Origin: Paramoeba atlantica
Lineage: Eukaryota > Protista > Discosea
NCBI GenBank assembly: GCA_977017575.1
Contig: CDRNVI010000021.1
Span: 1-64,000, forward strand
DNA length: 64,000 bases
Direction: 5' to 3'
A model generated the notes under the pieces. The model saw only the letters and a list, made by a program, of their open reading frames with translations, made no database searches and had not been told where the DNA came from. This document shows, piece by piece, positions 42,064 through 53,700 of this stretch. The position numbers and the translations under genes are program-made. Each line of letters opens with the position of its first letter. The first letter of the stretch is position 1.

Positions 42064-44600
42064 ACATCGCAGCTTTCATCAGATTTATCGCAGCTTTCAA
42101 ACTGGCGCCCTATTTGCCTTGTAAACAGTATAGTCAAGCTGATGAATTTTATGATTCTTACTCGCATCCGCCCCAGCGTTGAACCACTTCTTCGAGACAA
42201 TCAATACGGTTTTCGTCAAAATAGATCTACCGCTGGTGCGCAAACAATCATGAATGAAATAAAGTCCAAGGCATTTCGGAATAAAGGTGTTTGTGTAGCG
42301 TTCATTGATTTCGCAAAAGCATTCCCATCTGTATCTTTCGCTGCGATAAAAGCGAGTCTGAAAGCATTTCACGTGGGCGTTCGTCTATCCGAAATGATCA
42401 TGTCATTGTACTCAAATCTGAAAGGAGTAGTCCGCACACCTTTTGGTATCACAGATTCTTTTCCGATAACTACAGGAATACTCCAAGGGGATGTGTTGGC
42501 CCCTTACCTTTTCGTGATGGTTATGGATCGCATTCTTAATAAGTCGCTGGACCTGGAAAATCGCGGATTACTTTTGAGTTCAAGCGGGACAAGAAAACGG
42601 AACCTACAGGAAAAACGAATTTCTGATATTGATTTTGCAGATGACATTGTATTGTTCAGTGATACAAAGGAAGGTCTCCAGGAAATGATTGACGAAACGT
42701 CAAAGGATGCTTCCTTGGCGAACCTAAAGATAGCTGTAGGTGTTACAAAAACCGCATGGATACCTTTCGGTAAGGTTGCCGGCTCAAATAAGAATCTCCA
42801 GACAAAAGAACTGGAAAAGGTACCTAGAGTAGATTCGTATCGACATCTAGGGCATCTTCAAGACAATGAAACATCATCTACAATCAAAGATCGTTTGAAA
42901 CTTGCTTGGTCCTCATTTGCCCGCATGCGAGGAATATGGATTTCATCTTTAAGCTCTCATCTTAAACTCAGACTATACGACGTGCTTATATACCCTATTC
43001 TGAACTTTGGTTCAGGCGCATTGCACATTTCTCAAAAAATGTTGCGTTCGATTGATGTCGAAATTAATACGATGAGAAGAATCGCATCTCAGTGCAACAA
43101 ATTGGACGAGTATGGTTTTTGCTATCCTACAGACTCTCTCTACGTAAATACATCACGATTTTCCACCATTCACAAAGTTCAGAGAGCCAAACTTACCGGA
43201 CACATGCTGAGACATTCTTCGAACTATCGAGAGCTGGTGCAATGGAGACATAAATCTAATTCGAGACGTCCTTCTCCAAGCGAAGCATGTATTTCAGACT
43301 TGGGTATAACTTTAGAAGAGGCATTGGTTTATGCTACAGATCGAGAACATTGGTTTCGTCTCACCGAAAAGCTAAAACTTTCACTTGAGCCAGTGGTTGA
43401 CTACGAGCGTGCTACTACAAAAAAATGGAAAGCATTGAAAGCCACAGCTATCAAGAACAAGAGTTATAAAGAGCTACAATTTATTGAAGAATCTAGCGTG
43501 CCATTCCCCAAACTTAAATCTATACATTTCTACACGGATGGTTCAGTGAGAGTTTTGCGCGGAACACAAACGGTGCGTAGCGGTGCTGGTGTTGTTTTCT
43601 TGAAAATTAAGGGTGACCCTGATTACTACTCTATTCCGTTGGAGGTGGGAACAAGTGAGAGGGCCGAATTATTAGCATTTCGTGAGGCTATTTCGAAAAT
43701 TCCAGAAGGATCACTCTCTTGCGTTTTTCATACTGATTCTTGTTACGTTTGGCAATATTTTCACAGTTTAAGATCACGTTTTCGCGTTGTAGGCTACATC
43801 GGAATTGCAAATGGAGACTTGATGGATCAAATCGACCATAAATTACGCGCGTTGAAGGGTCAAGGGGTACAAATATACATGTGTAAAGTTAAATCTCACT
43901 CGGGAAATCCTTGGAACGAGGCAGCAGACTCGCTCGCATTGTCTGCATCTAGAAAGAAAGTAAGCGAACCTGAAATAAAGAGAAGAAAGTCTTCAAATTC
44001 GCAAACCACTGCTCAGCAGTTTGCAAAACGAAACGCGAAAAGTCAGCGTGCAGTGAAAGCCTCATCCGCGCCTAAACGTGAGGCAGAGGAAAGAGTTGTT
44101 ATTCGCCAGAAAGTTACGAGAACTGGCGGTGGAAGGGGGACACCAAAGTAAGTGTGAGTGCTTGCTGTGTATCTCCGTACGTGTGCTAGAATATGCCTTG
44201 AGGAAGTTTTTATATTCCATTACTTTATGCGGTTTGTGTGCTCTAGTATTGGAGGCACAAAAAATCTGAATTTGGAGGTGATAGAGATGGAAGTGTTTGA
44301 TGTGAAAGTGCTAAGTATTTTAGCCGACTTTGTCGGTATTTTGGATTGGATTGGATTGGATACCCCCAACAGGATTGTGATCAATTGGGGATGCAAGACC
44401 AAAACCACCCGGGAGCAACCCTTTCGACCGGACAATTTGGTAGTCATCGAGGGACGGAGTACAAACCGTATTTACAATTATATCAAACATATCCCGCCCA
44501 ACAGATGTCGAAAAAGTATGCATTCCTGTTAGCGTTTATAACGATCTTCAAATGTGGGTCAACGAGGTTAGGGCTAATCGGTGGTATAGTTATGATGCGC
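42064..44600 (+). mobile_element. 5'-truncated LINE with RT + RNase H (ORF ~42100-44151), related to the 55.5-kb element; 3' boundary approximate
   Basis: NWRPICL, NQYGFR, DFAKAFPSV, LQGDVLAP, FADD, YRHLG; RNase H YTDGS, ERAEL, HTDS, KSHSGNPWNEAADSLA. Confidence 0.9.
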
Positions 44601-45004
44601 GATTGATATTAAAAACTGCTGTGATGTACACCGATGCTTCTCAAGCTGGATGGGGAGCCGTATTATTTACACCACTAGGCGAAGTCCTCGGGACGGGAGC
44701 TGCTTGGACAGAACCAATTGAGATTAATAGAGGAGAAGCACTAGCTGTTCATCACGCCCTCCAAGCCTTCATGAAGCAGTGGCAAGGAATTGAAAAAATT
44801 CAGTTGATGATTGACAACACAAGTGTTGTCGCAGCTCTGCGCAAACGTTGGGCAGAATCTCCGGCTCTGGCAGAAGTATTGTCAAATCTTTTGCCGATCT
44901 TTTCAAAACTGAATATACAGATAGAGGTGTTATACGTCCCAACACAGGAAAACCTGGCCGATCCCTGGAGCCGAAATCAGTTTGGTACTTGGCGACAGGG
45001 TTGA
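44552..45004 (+). pseudogene. VIPER-type RNase H fragment (probably the 3' part of the third VIPER family)
   Basis: MYTDASQAGWGAVL..INRGEA..IDNTS..ENLADPWSR parallels LFTDASSTGWGAVL..VNRAEA..VDNTS..ENPADPYSR. Confidence 0.88.
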
Positions 45005-46220
45005 ATACTTGCGAGGGGGTGGGTGCCGGCGAACACCCACTCGTAAGTCAATTAGATTTCAAGTAATAAAAAACTTTCTCTTCAAAGTTAGCGTAAACAA
45101 CATACCTTTCATCAAAGAACGAATATGTTAGAAGTCTACGCATGGAAATTTAACCGAGGGGCTAATATCGGGTCAAATGCCCCGGAAGGGGGTTATAATT
45201 TTCATTGTTCTTTTCCCCGAAAGAGGGTTGTAATTGAATCATGTATAAAAGCTACAATATGTATTCTGAAAATTTACATATTTACTGATTACTTACTTGT
45301 AGAATCCTTTTCCTTTACGCGTTTTTTGTCCCACCCACCAAACCCCCATCCTATAGCCGCCGGGTTTGGCGGGTGCAACCCGCTAACATAGTGATATATT
45401 ATAAATTTATATTGTTTGTTTTGAAAGGCTTATTTTGTCAAGATGATGTAGAAGCTACATACGTTTCAATTTGCTTTTCATGTATATGATATGAATAGGT
45501 GAACTCATGTGAAAATAAATTATTATTTCATCTTTATAGTTATTTTCTTTTATGTCCTGTGCGGCCCCTCGGTGTGGATTTCAGTAGCATTTACTCAATT
45601 CATATAGCATAGAAACTTTACGTCTTTCTTCTTACAAATGTGGAGATAAAATAGCAGAGAGCATACCCGGAGAGGAATTAGTTGAAGAAAAGGGAATACT
45701 TTGTGAAGGGGCTTAGCCCCCCACGCTCCGCAGCCGTGGCTGGGGGTTGGTGGGTGGGCTTCGAAAACGTGTAAATAAACTTTGAAGAATAGCCTTCACA
45801 CAACACAAAATCAACAAACAGAACAATATTTCTACCAGAAACAATACATACATATTATCAATAATTTCACTTGAAATGTAATCATATAAAAGCTTAAAAT
45901 ACAGCTCGTACAATGCCCGCCGGCCACGTAAGTAAATAGCCCTCGCCTAAATTTCTTACCGTAAACTTTTAGAAATCCACGGCGAGGGCATCCGGACATT
46001 AGCATAATCAAATCACGAATATGATAAAGTAAAGAAGTACCTAATTGAAAACATAGTTTATGTTGAACGTCTACTTCTCGTTATGCTATGGTTCCTCTTA
46101 TGATGCTAGTAGATTTCTCCTATTGCTGAATAACAAGCCTCCTATTGCTGAAAACACAAGCCTTATTCAAGAGGCACAAACGAAAGGCAGTATTAACAAG
46201 AAAGTGAATATTTTTTTTTT

Positions 46221-46448
46221 ATGAGAACCTTTCTTTTTAGAGAACCTTTCTTTTTAGAGAACCTTTCTTTTTAGAGAACCTTTCTTTTTAGAGAACCTTT
46301 CTTTTTAGAGAACCTTTCTTTTTAGAGAACCTTTCTTTTTAGAGAACCTTTCTTTTTAGAGAACCTTTCTTTTTAGAGAACCTTTCTTTTTAGAGAACCT
46401 TTCTTTTTAGAGAACCTTTCTTTTTAGAGAACCTTTCTTTTTAGAGAA
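46221..46448. repeat. 17-bp satellite (AGAGAACCTTTCTTTTT) x~13; first unit is the 18-bp ATGAG variant
   Basis: Direct reading of the sequence. Confidence 0.97.
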
Positions 46449-46450
46449 AA

Positions 46451-48453
46451 ATGCGTTTTCTTGAAATTTTCTTGAAAAATGCGTTCAACACCCCCTCCAG
46501 GAATGACGTCGCAAAGCATGTTTTCGGTATCGCAACGCTCCGACCCTTCCAAAGGTATTTTGCGGCTGAATATTCCGAGCAATCTCAGCTTCTCTTCTAC
46601 GGCAGCGAAGGTAAATTGGTCGACACAGTATCAAGTTCCTCAGGAGTAAAACAGGGATCGCCACTATCCACGCTGTATTTCTGCACATACCTACAACCTG
46701 TATTGGAAACCCTTGCAGAAGAATTTCCTGGCATCAACATACATGCGTACATCGACGATATCAATTTGACATCCGAAGATCCGAATCAGCTCACGAACGC
46801 TTTTAAAAGGCTGAAGGCACTTGTCGCATCTAGCAATCTTGCACTATCGGCGCATAAATGTGTTTGGTTTGGTGGCATCCTCGGCAAGTCCATTCCAGAA
46901 GCTCTTCAAGCCGAAGGAGTACAAACCGTGAGCCAGGCCACTAAAGTACTGGGGGCTTTTATTGGAGAAGACGACGCCATCAGTCAAAAATTGCTCCAAA
47001 AGATCGGCAAACAAGAAGTAATATTCCGCAGGCTAAAGCTAATGGGCATGAGTAACGTATCCCTCATCCTTTTGACAAAAAGTGTGAACGTTCGTCAACA
47101 GTACTACATGAGGACACACAACCCCAAGGCCACGGATCAAACATGTAAACGTTTTGATAGCGAAATCGAGAACGTACTTCAAACATGGATGGGCCCATTG
47201 CAGACTAGACAAATTGACATAGCAAGGTTACCCCTGAAGAAAGGAGGACTTGGTCTCACGGCGTGTCACCCAACGCGCGCGGCAGCTTATGAAGCTTCCC
47301 GACACACAGCTTTTGAGCATATAAAATCTTTTTCAGCTCGAGTTGTGCCGTCACAGTTTCATAGCACTGAACACGCTGGGACAGCAAATGAACAAGAACT
47401 CGCTCGTCAAAAACCACCTACTGACGAAATTACCGCTGCAGCGAAACTTCATGAGGAAGCATGGAACAAACTCGTAAGCGATCCACAAATGGCCGGGACG
47501 TTAAAAGCAACCTCCAATAAGGGGAGTTATGACTGGCTACTGTCCAATGTAAGATATGTACCACCGCACTTATTCGAGCTAGCAGTCATGCTTCTTGGAG
47601 TACATCACCCGAGACTTCCTGATGCTATGACTTGCCCTGGATGCCGAACATTGATGGATGCAAACACTGCACTAACTCACATCCCCGGATGCGTGCAATG
47701 TACAGGTTTCAACGCCACAGCGAAGCACAACATGTTGACCAAGTTTCTATATGATCTTTGCATGAAAGCTGGTATTCCATGCGAAAGAGAGCCGCGTTCT
47801 TTTAGCACGTGGAGTTGTCTAACATGCGGAAATACAGTCGACTACAACAATCAGCATCTCCACCACAAAACATGCGGAGGACGGCAGTTTCATCGCTCAG
47901 GCCCGGATCTTGCGATCTACTGGAACAGTGGCGTGGTGTTCTACGACCTAACTGTGGTGCACGAGCTCGCGCCTTCCCATCGGAATAAAAAGTGTTCCCA
48001 ACTCGTGCGAGAAGCTATACAGCGGAAAAATGAAACATATGTCAATAGTGGCATGATTCCGGCGGAAGCTTTTGAGTGCCTTCCTGTCTTGTCCTGCGGG
48101 TCTTTACATAAGAGCACACGGGGCCTAATTAAATCACTGACGGATGTCTGCCTGTTGGATACCCAAAAAACCGAACAGGCATTCAAGTTGCTACTCCAAG
48201 AGCTGAACGGATCCGAAGTATACGCACAGCTCCGACATTTTTTGGAGCCTCAAGACTATCAGAAAAGCACTATTCTTTAAGAAATCAAAAGTACAGAAAA
48301 GATACAAATTGGAATTATAAAGTCTGCGAAGAGATAGACAAAAATCAGTACTAAAAGTTTATGTAAACTTGAGAAAGTAAAAAAAAAAAAAGTATATAAG
48401 TTTACGATAAGAAATTTAGGAGACTTTATTTTGTAATAGGCAAAAAAAAAAAA
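46451..48453 (+). mobile_element. 5'-truncated CRE family D (RT from NAFN onward, RLE, UTR, poly(A)); ORF 46451-48280
   Basis: KNAFN, GVKQGSP, YIDD, KKGGLG, CPGC..HIPGC..C, KHN, SGPD, FYDLTV. Confidence 0.93.
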
Positions 48454-48577
48454 GTAAACGTGAGAAAAGTAAAAAACAAGGAAGGTTTTGAAGTTTCGTC
48501 ATTCGTCCGCCAAAAAAAAAAAAAAAGTGAGGGAGTGAAGGGTGCGAGGAGAACAAAAAAAAAAAAAAAAAAAAGGG

Positions 48578-51500
48578 AACTTTAACGATAAAGATACAGT
48601 TTCTGTACCTTGTTGAATTATTTTCCTTTTCTTTACCCTAAGCCATTCTTTCTTTTCATGGTACTGACACGTTCTAAGGAAAAGAAAGACTCAAACTTCG
48701 ATCGCGAGGCGGAGGCACACAAGCTCGGCTCCTGGGATCAATTCGCTGCGAACAAAGACCTCATTGAAGGCGCCAGCACCTATGATGAGAACTTATACAC
48801 GACGCCACTTCCAACGGACCCTTCACCCGAATCTTTGCGACAGGCCGACGAAATCTCGATGATCATCGAAAGCTCCATAGAAGGCGAAACACCTGACACT
48901 GGGCACCACCAGACATGTACCGAAGAAGAACTTTTCTGTAGGGTGCAACCATCCGAGCATTCCGAATTTCAATTTTCCGGAGCGGATTCTCTCTCACCCA
49001 GCCAACAAAAATCCACAAACAAGGCTGTGAAAGAGAAGTTCGAGCGCCATTTTCGGACGTCCAACCGTAACGCGTACAATTGTGAAACCGAAAAGATGTT
49101 TTTTCCTGATCTTACGCCTCGAGAGCTTAGCTTCTCTGTGTCCGGACATAATAAAGGTCGGAAAAAGAAGAAGAGTCCCAAGAAATCCTCCCACTTTCAA
49201 GCGAAACACGATTCGGCAAGCGATAGCAGCGATGGGGCAGCCACAGATACAGCAGTAGGCCAAGTCCCCTACTCCCCGGAAGGTAAGCGCAAACGCCACG
49301 ATCAAAGCTCCCGAAGAGCCTCAACTCAACCAGTCTCGACAGAACGGTCACACATACAAAACAAGGTACGGGAATGCCCTGCTGAAGGCTGCACATGGAA
49401 GACCGAGCCACACGGAGGTCAATGGAGGGCATTCTACAATCACGTTCACCACAGACACGGAGACAACGTTTCAGACACCTGGTGGAATGGGGAGGGGCGT
49501 TTCCGGTGCAAGAATTGTAACAAGCACTACGAATTAAACAAACAAGATTCTCACGCCAAAAAATGCCCGTTCCGCAGCTCCTCAATGCCAGCCCAACCGC
49601 TACATCCATCGAATAGCGATACGCTATCCCAGAAGACTACACCGGTCCGCAGCACACCGCCAACAGGCATTACAACATCCCCACAGACAGTAATCATTTC
49701 GGGAGATCCATCTCTTAATGCGAATGAACAGTCGCATTCGACGATGGATATTGACGTCTCCTTACCGGCCTTGTCTTCGGTGTGTGCATCGCCTATTATC
49801 ACAAGCAAACACATCCCAAATTGCTGCAAGGCGGAATGGTCTCGAGTGTTTACCTCATGCTTGAATGCAGCCATGCTGGATAACACGTTGGAGGCTTGGA
49901 CCCGCCTCGCTATGCTTCCTAAATGCGTACTCCCAGCCCCACACCGGGGCGGTAGCGGGAACAAAACCTCTTATGCGTCTTTCGTTCGTAAAAGCCTAGC
50001 TAGATGGAACCAACAAGAGTATTCGTCCCTCTGGAGCGACGCCATATCCAGTCTACGGCGCAAACGCAAACCCCAGACCCAGGCATCCAGTTTAGAGGAA
50101 GACGAAAAAAGGGCAGCACTACGAGCTGAGCGACTCGTTCGAGACAGAGAACTGTCACGTGCCATGACAGCACTGACCTCCGAACCACTCGCTCCCAACG
50201 ACGACGCCACATACGCCAAACTTGTAAGCAAACATCCCTCGCGACTAGCGGAAGAACGCCCGAATATTCAACCTTCCCCCCTCCCCGTGATTCCGCTAAA
50301 GGCCACAGAAGAAGACATAACCGCGGCTCTCTCAAGCTTCCACCGTGGCTCCTCCGGTGGGGCATTTGGCCTCCGGCCCGAGCACGTGCAAATTGCAACG
50401 GAATACCACAACGACGAACGCACAAACCCCTTGGGAACACTTACGAAGTTTACGAACCATCTCCTTTCCGGGAGAGCTCCGGAGGAGGTCCAGCCATACT
50501 TCGCCGGAGGACGATTGTGCGCACTTCATAAGGGGGAGCACGATGTACGACCCATTGCTGCTGGAGAAACTCTCCGGCGCCTGGCAAGCAAAGTTGCATG
50601 TCTTTCCGTCAAAGAAAAAGCCCGAAAGCTCTTTAGTGGGCATCAGTTTGGTGTTGCCATACCAGCAGGGATCGACCGGGTCATACATTTGTGTCGTCTA
50701 ACGATGGCGGAACACTGTGCCGACGAGGACTTTGTTTTCTGCAAAGTTGACCTCCGGAATGCATTCAATCACGTGTCGCGTAACTGTTTTATTTCGCTTA
50801 CACGCAAACATTTTCCCGAACTCAGCGCCTTTGTCGAATGGTGCTACGCCACCGACAGTAGTCTCACGTTCGGGGATCGAACAGTCACCTCCTCCGAAGG
50901 CGTCCAACAGGGAGATCCACTAGGTCCCTTCCTATTCTCCTTGGTAATGCAACAAGTATACCTAAAGATCCATGATGCGGCCCCAAAACTAGACTTAAAC
51001 ATGTGGTATCTGGACGACGGAATTCTTTCGGGAAGATCTTCAGATGTAAGGCACGCGCTCGACGTAATTGCCATCGAAGGTCCCAAATGGGGATTACATC
51101 TTAACTCCTCTAAATGCGAACTCATTACCAATCCTGCGGCCTCGGATCGACTAGATCTCTTCCCAGATATTCCGGGTCTAAACAAGAAGTCGGAAGGCAA
51201 CCTTGACATCCTAGGCAGCCCCATCGGATCCACGCCCCACTGTCGCCGATACCTTATAGACAACGCGGTCAGCCTAGCTGAGGAGTCCCTTGACGCGATC
51301 GAAAAGCTGGAAGATCCACAGGTAGCCTTATCTCTCATCCGTCATTGTACCGGATTCTGTCAAATGGTGCATACACTTCGAACTACACCCGCAACAGAGC
51401 TACAGGACCTCTGCCAACGCCTAGATAATGCAGTCCAGCACGCAGCAGAGCGTTTCGTTGGTCCCTTGAGTGGCGCTGCTCGACGACAGGCGCAACGTGA

Positions 51501-53159
51501 CAAGAGGTATGGGGGGTTTGGACTGCGCTCAGCGGAATCGCATGCCACATCAGCCTACGTATCGTCAGTCGCTTCCGCATCCTCTAAGGATCTTTGGGAC
51601 CCAATGCAAGCCCAAGGCTTCGAGTCGGCAGTACGGGATGTGAATAGTCGTGCAGGATACGACCTCGTTTCTAACTCCGGGAGAATTATAAAGCCCCCTT
51701 CCCCCTCCCCACCGGAACAATCGTACCCCGAGAGCACACGCTCTGATGAAGATATCCCGGACGCAGCCCACCCAAGCGAATCACTTAACACAGAATCCCG
51801 CCCCAAACTGGTAATCCCCCGCCAGCGCGAGCTAAGCCAGGCGATTTCCTCTCATGAATACGAGCTGGAATACGCGAAAGCTGATGCCAGAACCAGAGCC
51901 AGATGGGTTTCCCAAACGGGGAAAGGCGCATCGGAGTGGGCGTTCGTAACCCCATCAAAGAACAACGGTCATGCGTTCACCCCCACCGAATTTCGCATCC
52001 TAACTCGGTGGTGGCTCGGTAACGACGTTTACCCAAAGGCCAGGCCCTGTCCTATGGACAAATGTGGATTGCCATTGGGCCCTGAAGGAGACCACGCCCT
52101 TTCTTGTAAGAGTGGGCACGGTATCATTGCCCGACACAACGCTCTCGCTCGACAATTTTCCCTAGACTGCAACAGGTCTGGGCTGACAACGAAGCGTGAA
52201 GTCAGCCTAGATAATACGGGCCCAGGGGGTGGTCGGACCCGACCGGCCGATGTGTTTATTAAAGAGTTTTGCCTTGGCCAGGGTCTGGTCCTTGATTTCG
52301 CCGTCACCAATGTTCAGCAAACAAAGTATACGGACTTGGTCCGTGATGCTAACTTGGTTGAGGCGGGATCCTTCGCCGAAAGATACGCGACAGAGCATAA
52401 GCAGAAACAAAGGGAAGAAGCCGAAGCGGCCAAGCTCAGATTCGCAGCCATGGCTGTCGAATCGTATGGATCTTGGTCCCCAAGCGCTATGGCCGTCATT
52501 CGAGATTTATCGGTCAACCGCTCACTCCAATCCGCGAACCTATCCAAAGCAGACGCATTACACGAACTGTTAACTGCCCTGAACATTACCTTGATGAGAT
52601 CACAAGCGCGAATGATGGTGCTGCGCTCTCCTCCCACCCCCGACTCAGACCTCGTAGGCTACGGCTCCGAGATTTGAGAACTACGTGATTCTCGCCCCCC
52701 CCCCCCCCCATTCACCAGCCTGAACCCGTCGGGTGTTGGTCGAGTCGGCAGGACCTATACTCACACCTAGCCCCCGTCGGCTAGGTACCCCAAGTGAGGT
52801 AGTGCCCGGGGAGGGGACCCTGCCCCTCCTCGTCGGCCACCACCTGGTTCTGTGACTGTTCCGCTGCCGGCGGAGGCCCATTGCTTGCGCCCTCTCGTAC
52901 AACAAGAGCAGGGTTACCAAGGCAAGCTGGGAGAGGCCAAAAGACCCGGTCCAGAACACGTAAGGAAGGTTTTCCCTGGGCCGACTCCTAGCAAAAGCGC
53001 AGGGAGTCCTCAACCTCCCCAATGAGTTTGGAAGTCGAGTGAGGAAAGCGAAGGGAAGTAAAGGAAAGGAACGAAAAGGAAAAGCAAAGGGAGGTAAAGA
53101 AAGGGAGGTAAAGGAAGTGAAAGGAAAGAAAGAAGTCGTGAAAAAAAAAAAAAAAAAAA
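48578..53159 (+). mobile_element. Apparently intact CRE-clade element, family A, headed by a 38-nt SL and ending in poly(A)
   Basis: AACTTTAACGATAAAGATACAGTTTCTGTACCTTGTTG at 48578-48615; single ORF; structured UTR; poly(A) 53141-53159. Confidence 0.92.
48658..52677 (+). CDS. LsmAD-like motif + zinc fingers + RT + RLE polyprotein (1339 aa from ATG 48658)
   Basis: WDQF..STYDENLYTT; CPAEGC..H..H..H; CKNC..H..C; RPIAAGE, QFGV, DLRNAFN, GVQQGDPLGP, YLDD; CPMDKC..HALSC, RHN, RPAD, LDFAVT, ESYG. Confidence 0.94.
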   Translation: MVLTRSKEKKDSNFDREAEAHKLGSWDQFAANKDLIEGASTYDENLYTTPLPTDPSPESLRQADEISMIIESSIEGETPDTGHHQTCTEEELFCRVQPSEHSEFQFSGADSLSPSQQKSTNKAVKEKFERHFRTSNRNAYNCETEKMFFPDLTPRELSFSVSGHNKGRKKKKSPKKSSHFQAKHDSASDSSDGAATDTAVGQVPYSPEGKRKRHDQSSRRASTQPVSTERSHIQNKVRECPAEGCTWKTEPHGGQWRAFYNHVHHRHGDNVSDTWWNGEGRFRCKNCNKHYELNKQDSHAKKCPFRSSSMPAQPLHPSNSDTLSQKTTPVRSTPPTGITTSPQTVIISGDPSLNANEQSHSTMDIDVSLPALSSVCASPIITSKHIPNCCKAEWSRVFTSCLNAAMLDNTLEAWTRLAMLPKCVLPAPHRGGSGNKTSYASFVRKSLARWNQQEYSSLWSDAISSLRRKRKPQTQASSLEEDEKRAALRAERLVRDRELSRAMTALTSEPLAPNDDATYAKLVSKHPSRLAEERPNIQPSPLPVIPLKATEEDITAALSSFHRGSSGGAFGLRPEHVQIATEYHNDERTNPLGTLTKFTNHLLSGRAPEEVQPYFAGGRLCALHKGEHDVRPIAAGETLRRLASKVACLSVKEKARKLFSGHQFGVAIPAGIDRVIHLCRLTMAEHCADEDFVFCKVDLRNAFNHVSRNCFISLTRKHFPELSAFVEWCYATDSSLTFGDRTVTSSEGVQQGDPLGPFLFSLVMQQVYLKIHDAAPKLDLNMWYLDDGILSGRSSDVRHALDVIAIEGPKWGLHLNSSKCELITNPAASDRLDLFPDIPGLNKKSEGNLDILGSPIGSTPHCRRYLIDNAVSLAEESLDAIEKLEDPQVALSLIRHCTGFCQMVHTLRTTPATELQDLCQRLDNAVQHAAERFVGPLSGAARRQAQRDKRYGGFGLRSAESHATSAYVSSVASASSKDLWDPMQAQGFESAVRDVNSRAGYDLVSNSGRIIKPPSPSPPEQSYPESTRSDEDIPDAAHPSESLNTESRPKLVIPRQRELSQAISSHEYELEYAKADARTRARWVSQTGKGASEWAFVTPSKNNGHAFTPTEFRILTRWWLGNDVYPKARPCPMDKCGLPLGPEGDHALSCKSGHGIIARHNALARQFSLDCNRSGLTTKREVSLDNTGPGGGRTRPADVFIKEFCLGQGLVLDFAVTNVQQTKYTDLVRDANLVEAGSFAERYATEHKQKQREEAEAAKLRFAAMAVESYGSWSPSAMAVIRDLSVNRSLQSANLSKADALHELLTALNITLMRSQARMMVLRSPPTPDSDLVGYGSEI

Positions 53160-53340
53160 TAATTCGTATTCGCTCTATTACAGCAATCTCTTCTTCACTT
53201 GGTTCGCCAAAAAAAAGGGAAGGAAGTAGGGGAAGGAAGGAAGGAAGGAAGGAAGTAGGGGAAGGAAGGAAGTAGGGTGAAGGGTTTTAAGTGGTGGAAA
53301 GTTCGAAACGTACATAAAAACAAAAAAAAAAAACAAAAAA

Positions 53341-53700
53341 CGACCGTGTCGCTGTCGACACAGGCCCGCGCCTGCGCCCTCCTGTATAACAAGGGAAGGG
53401 TTCACAAGTCAGGCCGTGGAGAGGTCGAAAGACCCGGTCCGGAACGCGCGAATGGATTGGGCATAGATTGCTTGTTTTTATTGTTATTGTTTTTATTGTT
53501 CTTATACTTACGGGAGATCGAATTGCTAGTTTTGGGCTCCAAAATATGAAATTGCTAATTTGATTGCTTGTTTTAAAATCATATACCCCCCCCACCCAAT
53601 GGACCTACTGTTTTTTGCTAGTTTTGGGCTCCAAAATATGAAATTGCTAATTTGATTGCTTGTTTTAAAATCATATACCCCCCCCACCCAATGGACCTAC
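53341..53700 (+). pseudogene. Family B/C-like 3' UTR fragment with an ~86-bp tandem duplication (53523-53608 / 53615-53700)
   Basis: Matches the reverse complement of the array UTRs. Confidence 0.85.

Noticed and set aside
282-48615. Functional SL RNA genes
   Set aside because: No SL copy is followed by a GT donor/intron, and upstream sequences differ between non-array copies, so there is no conserved promoter.
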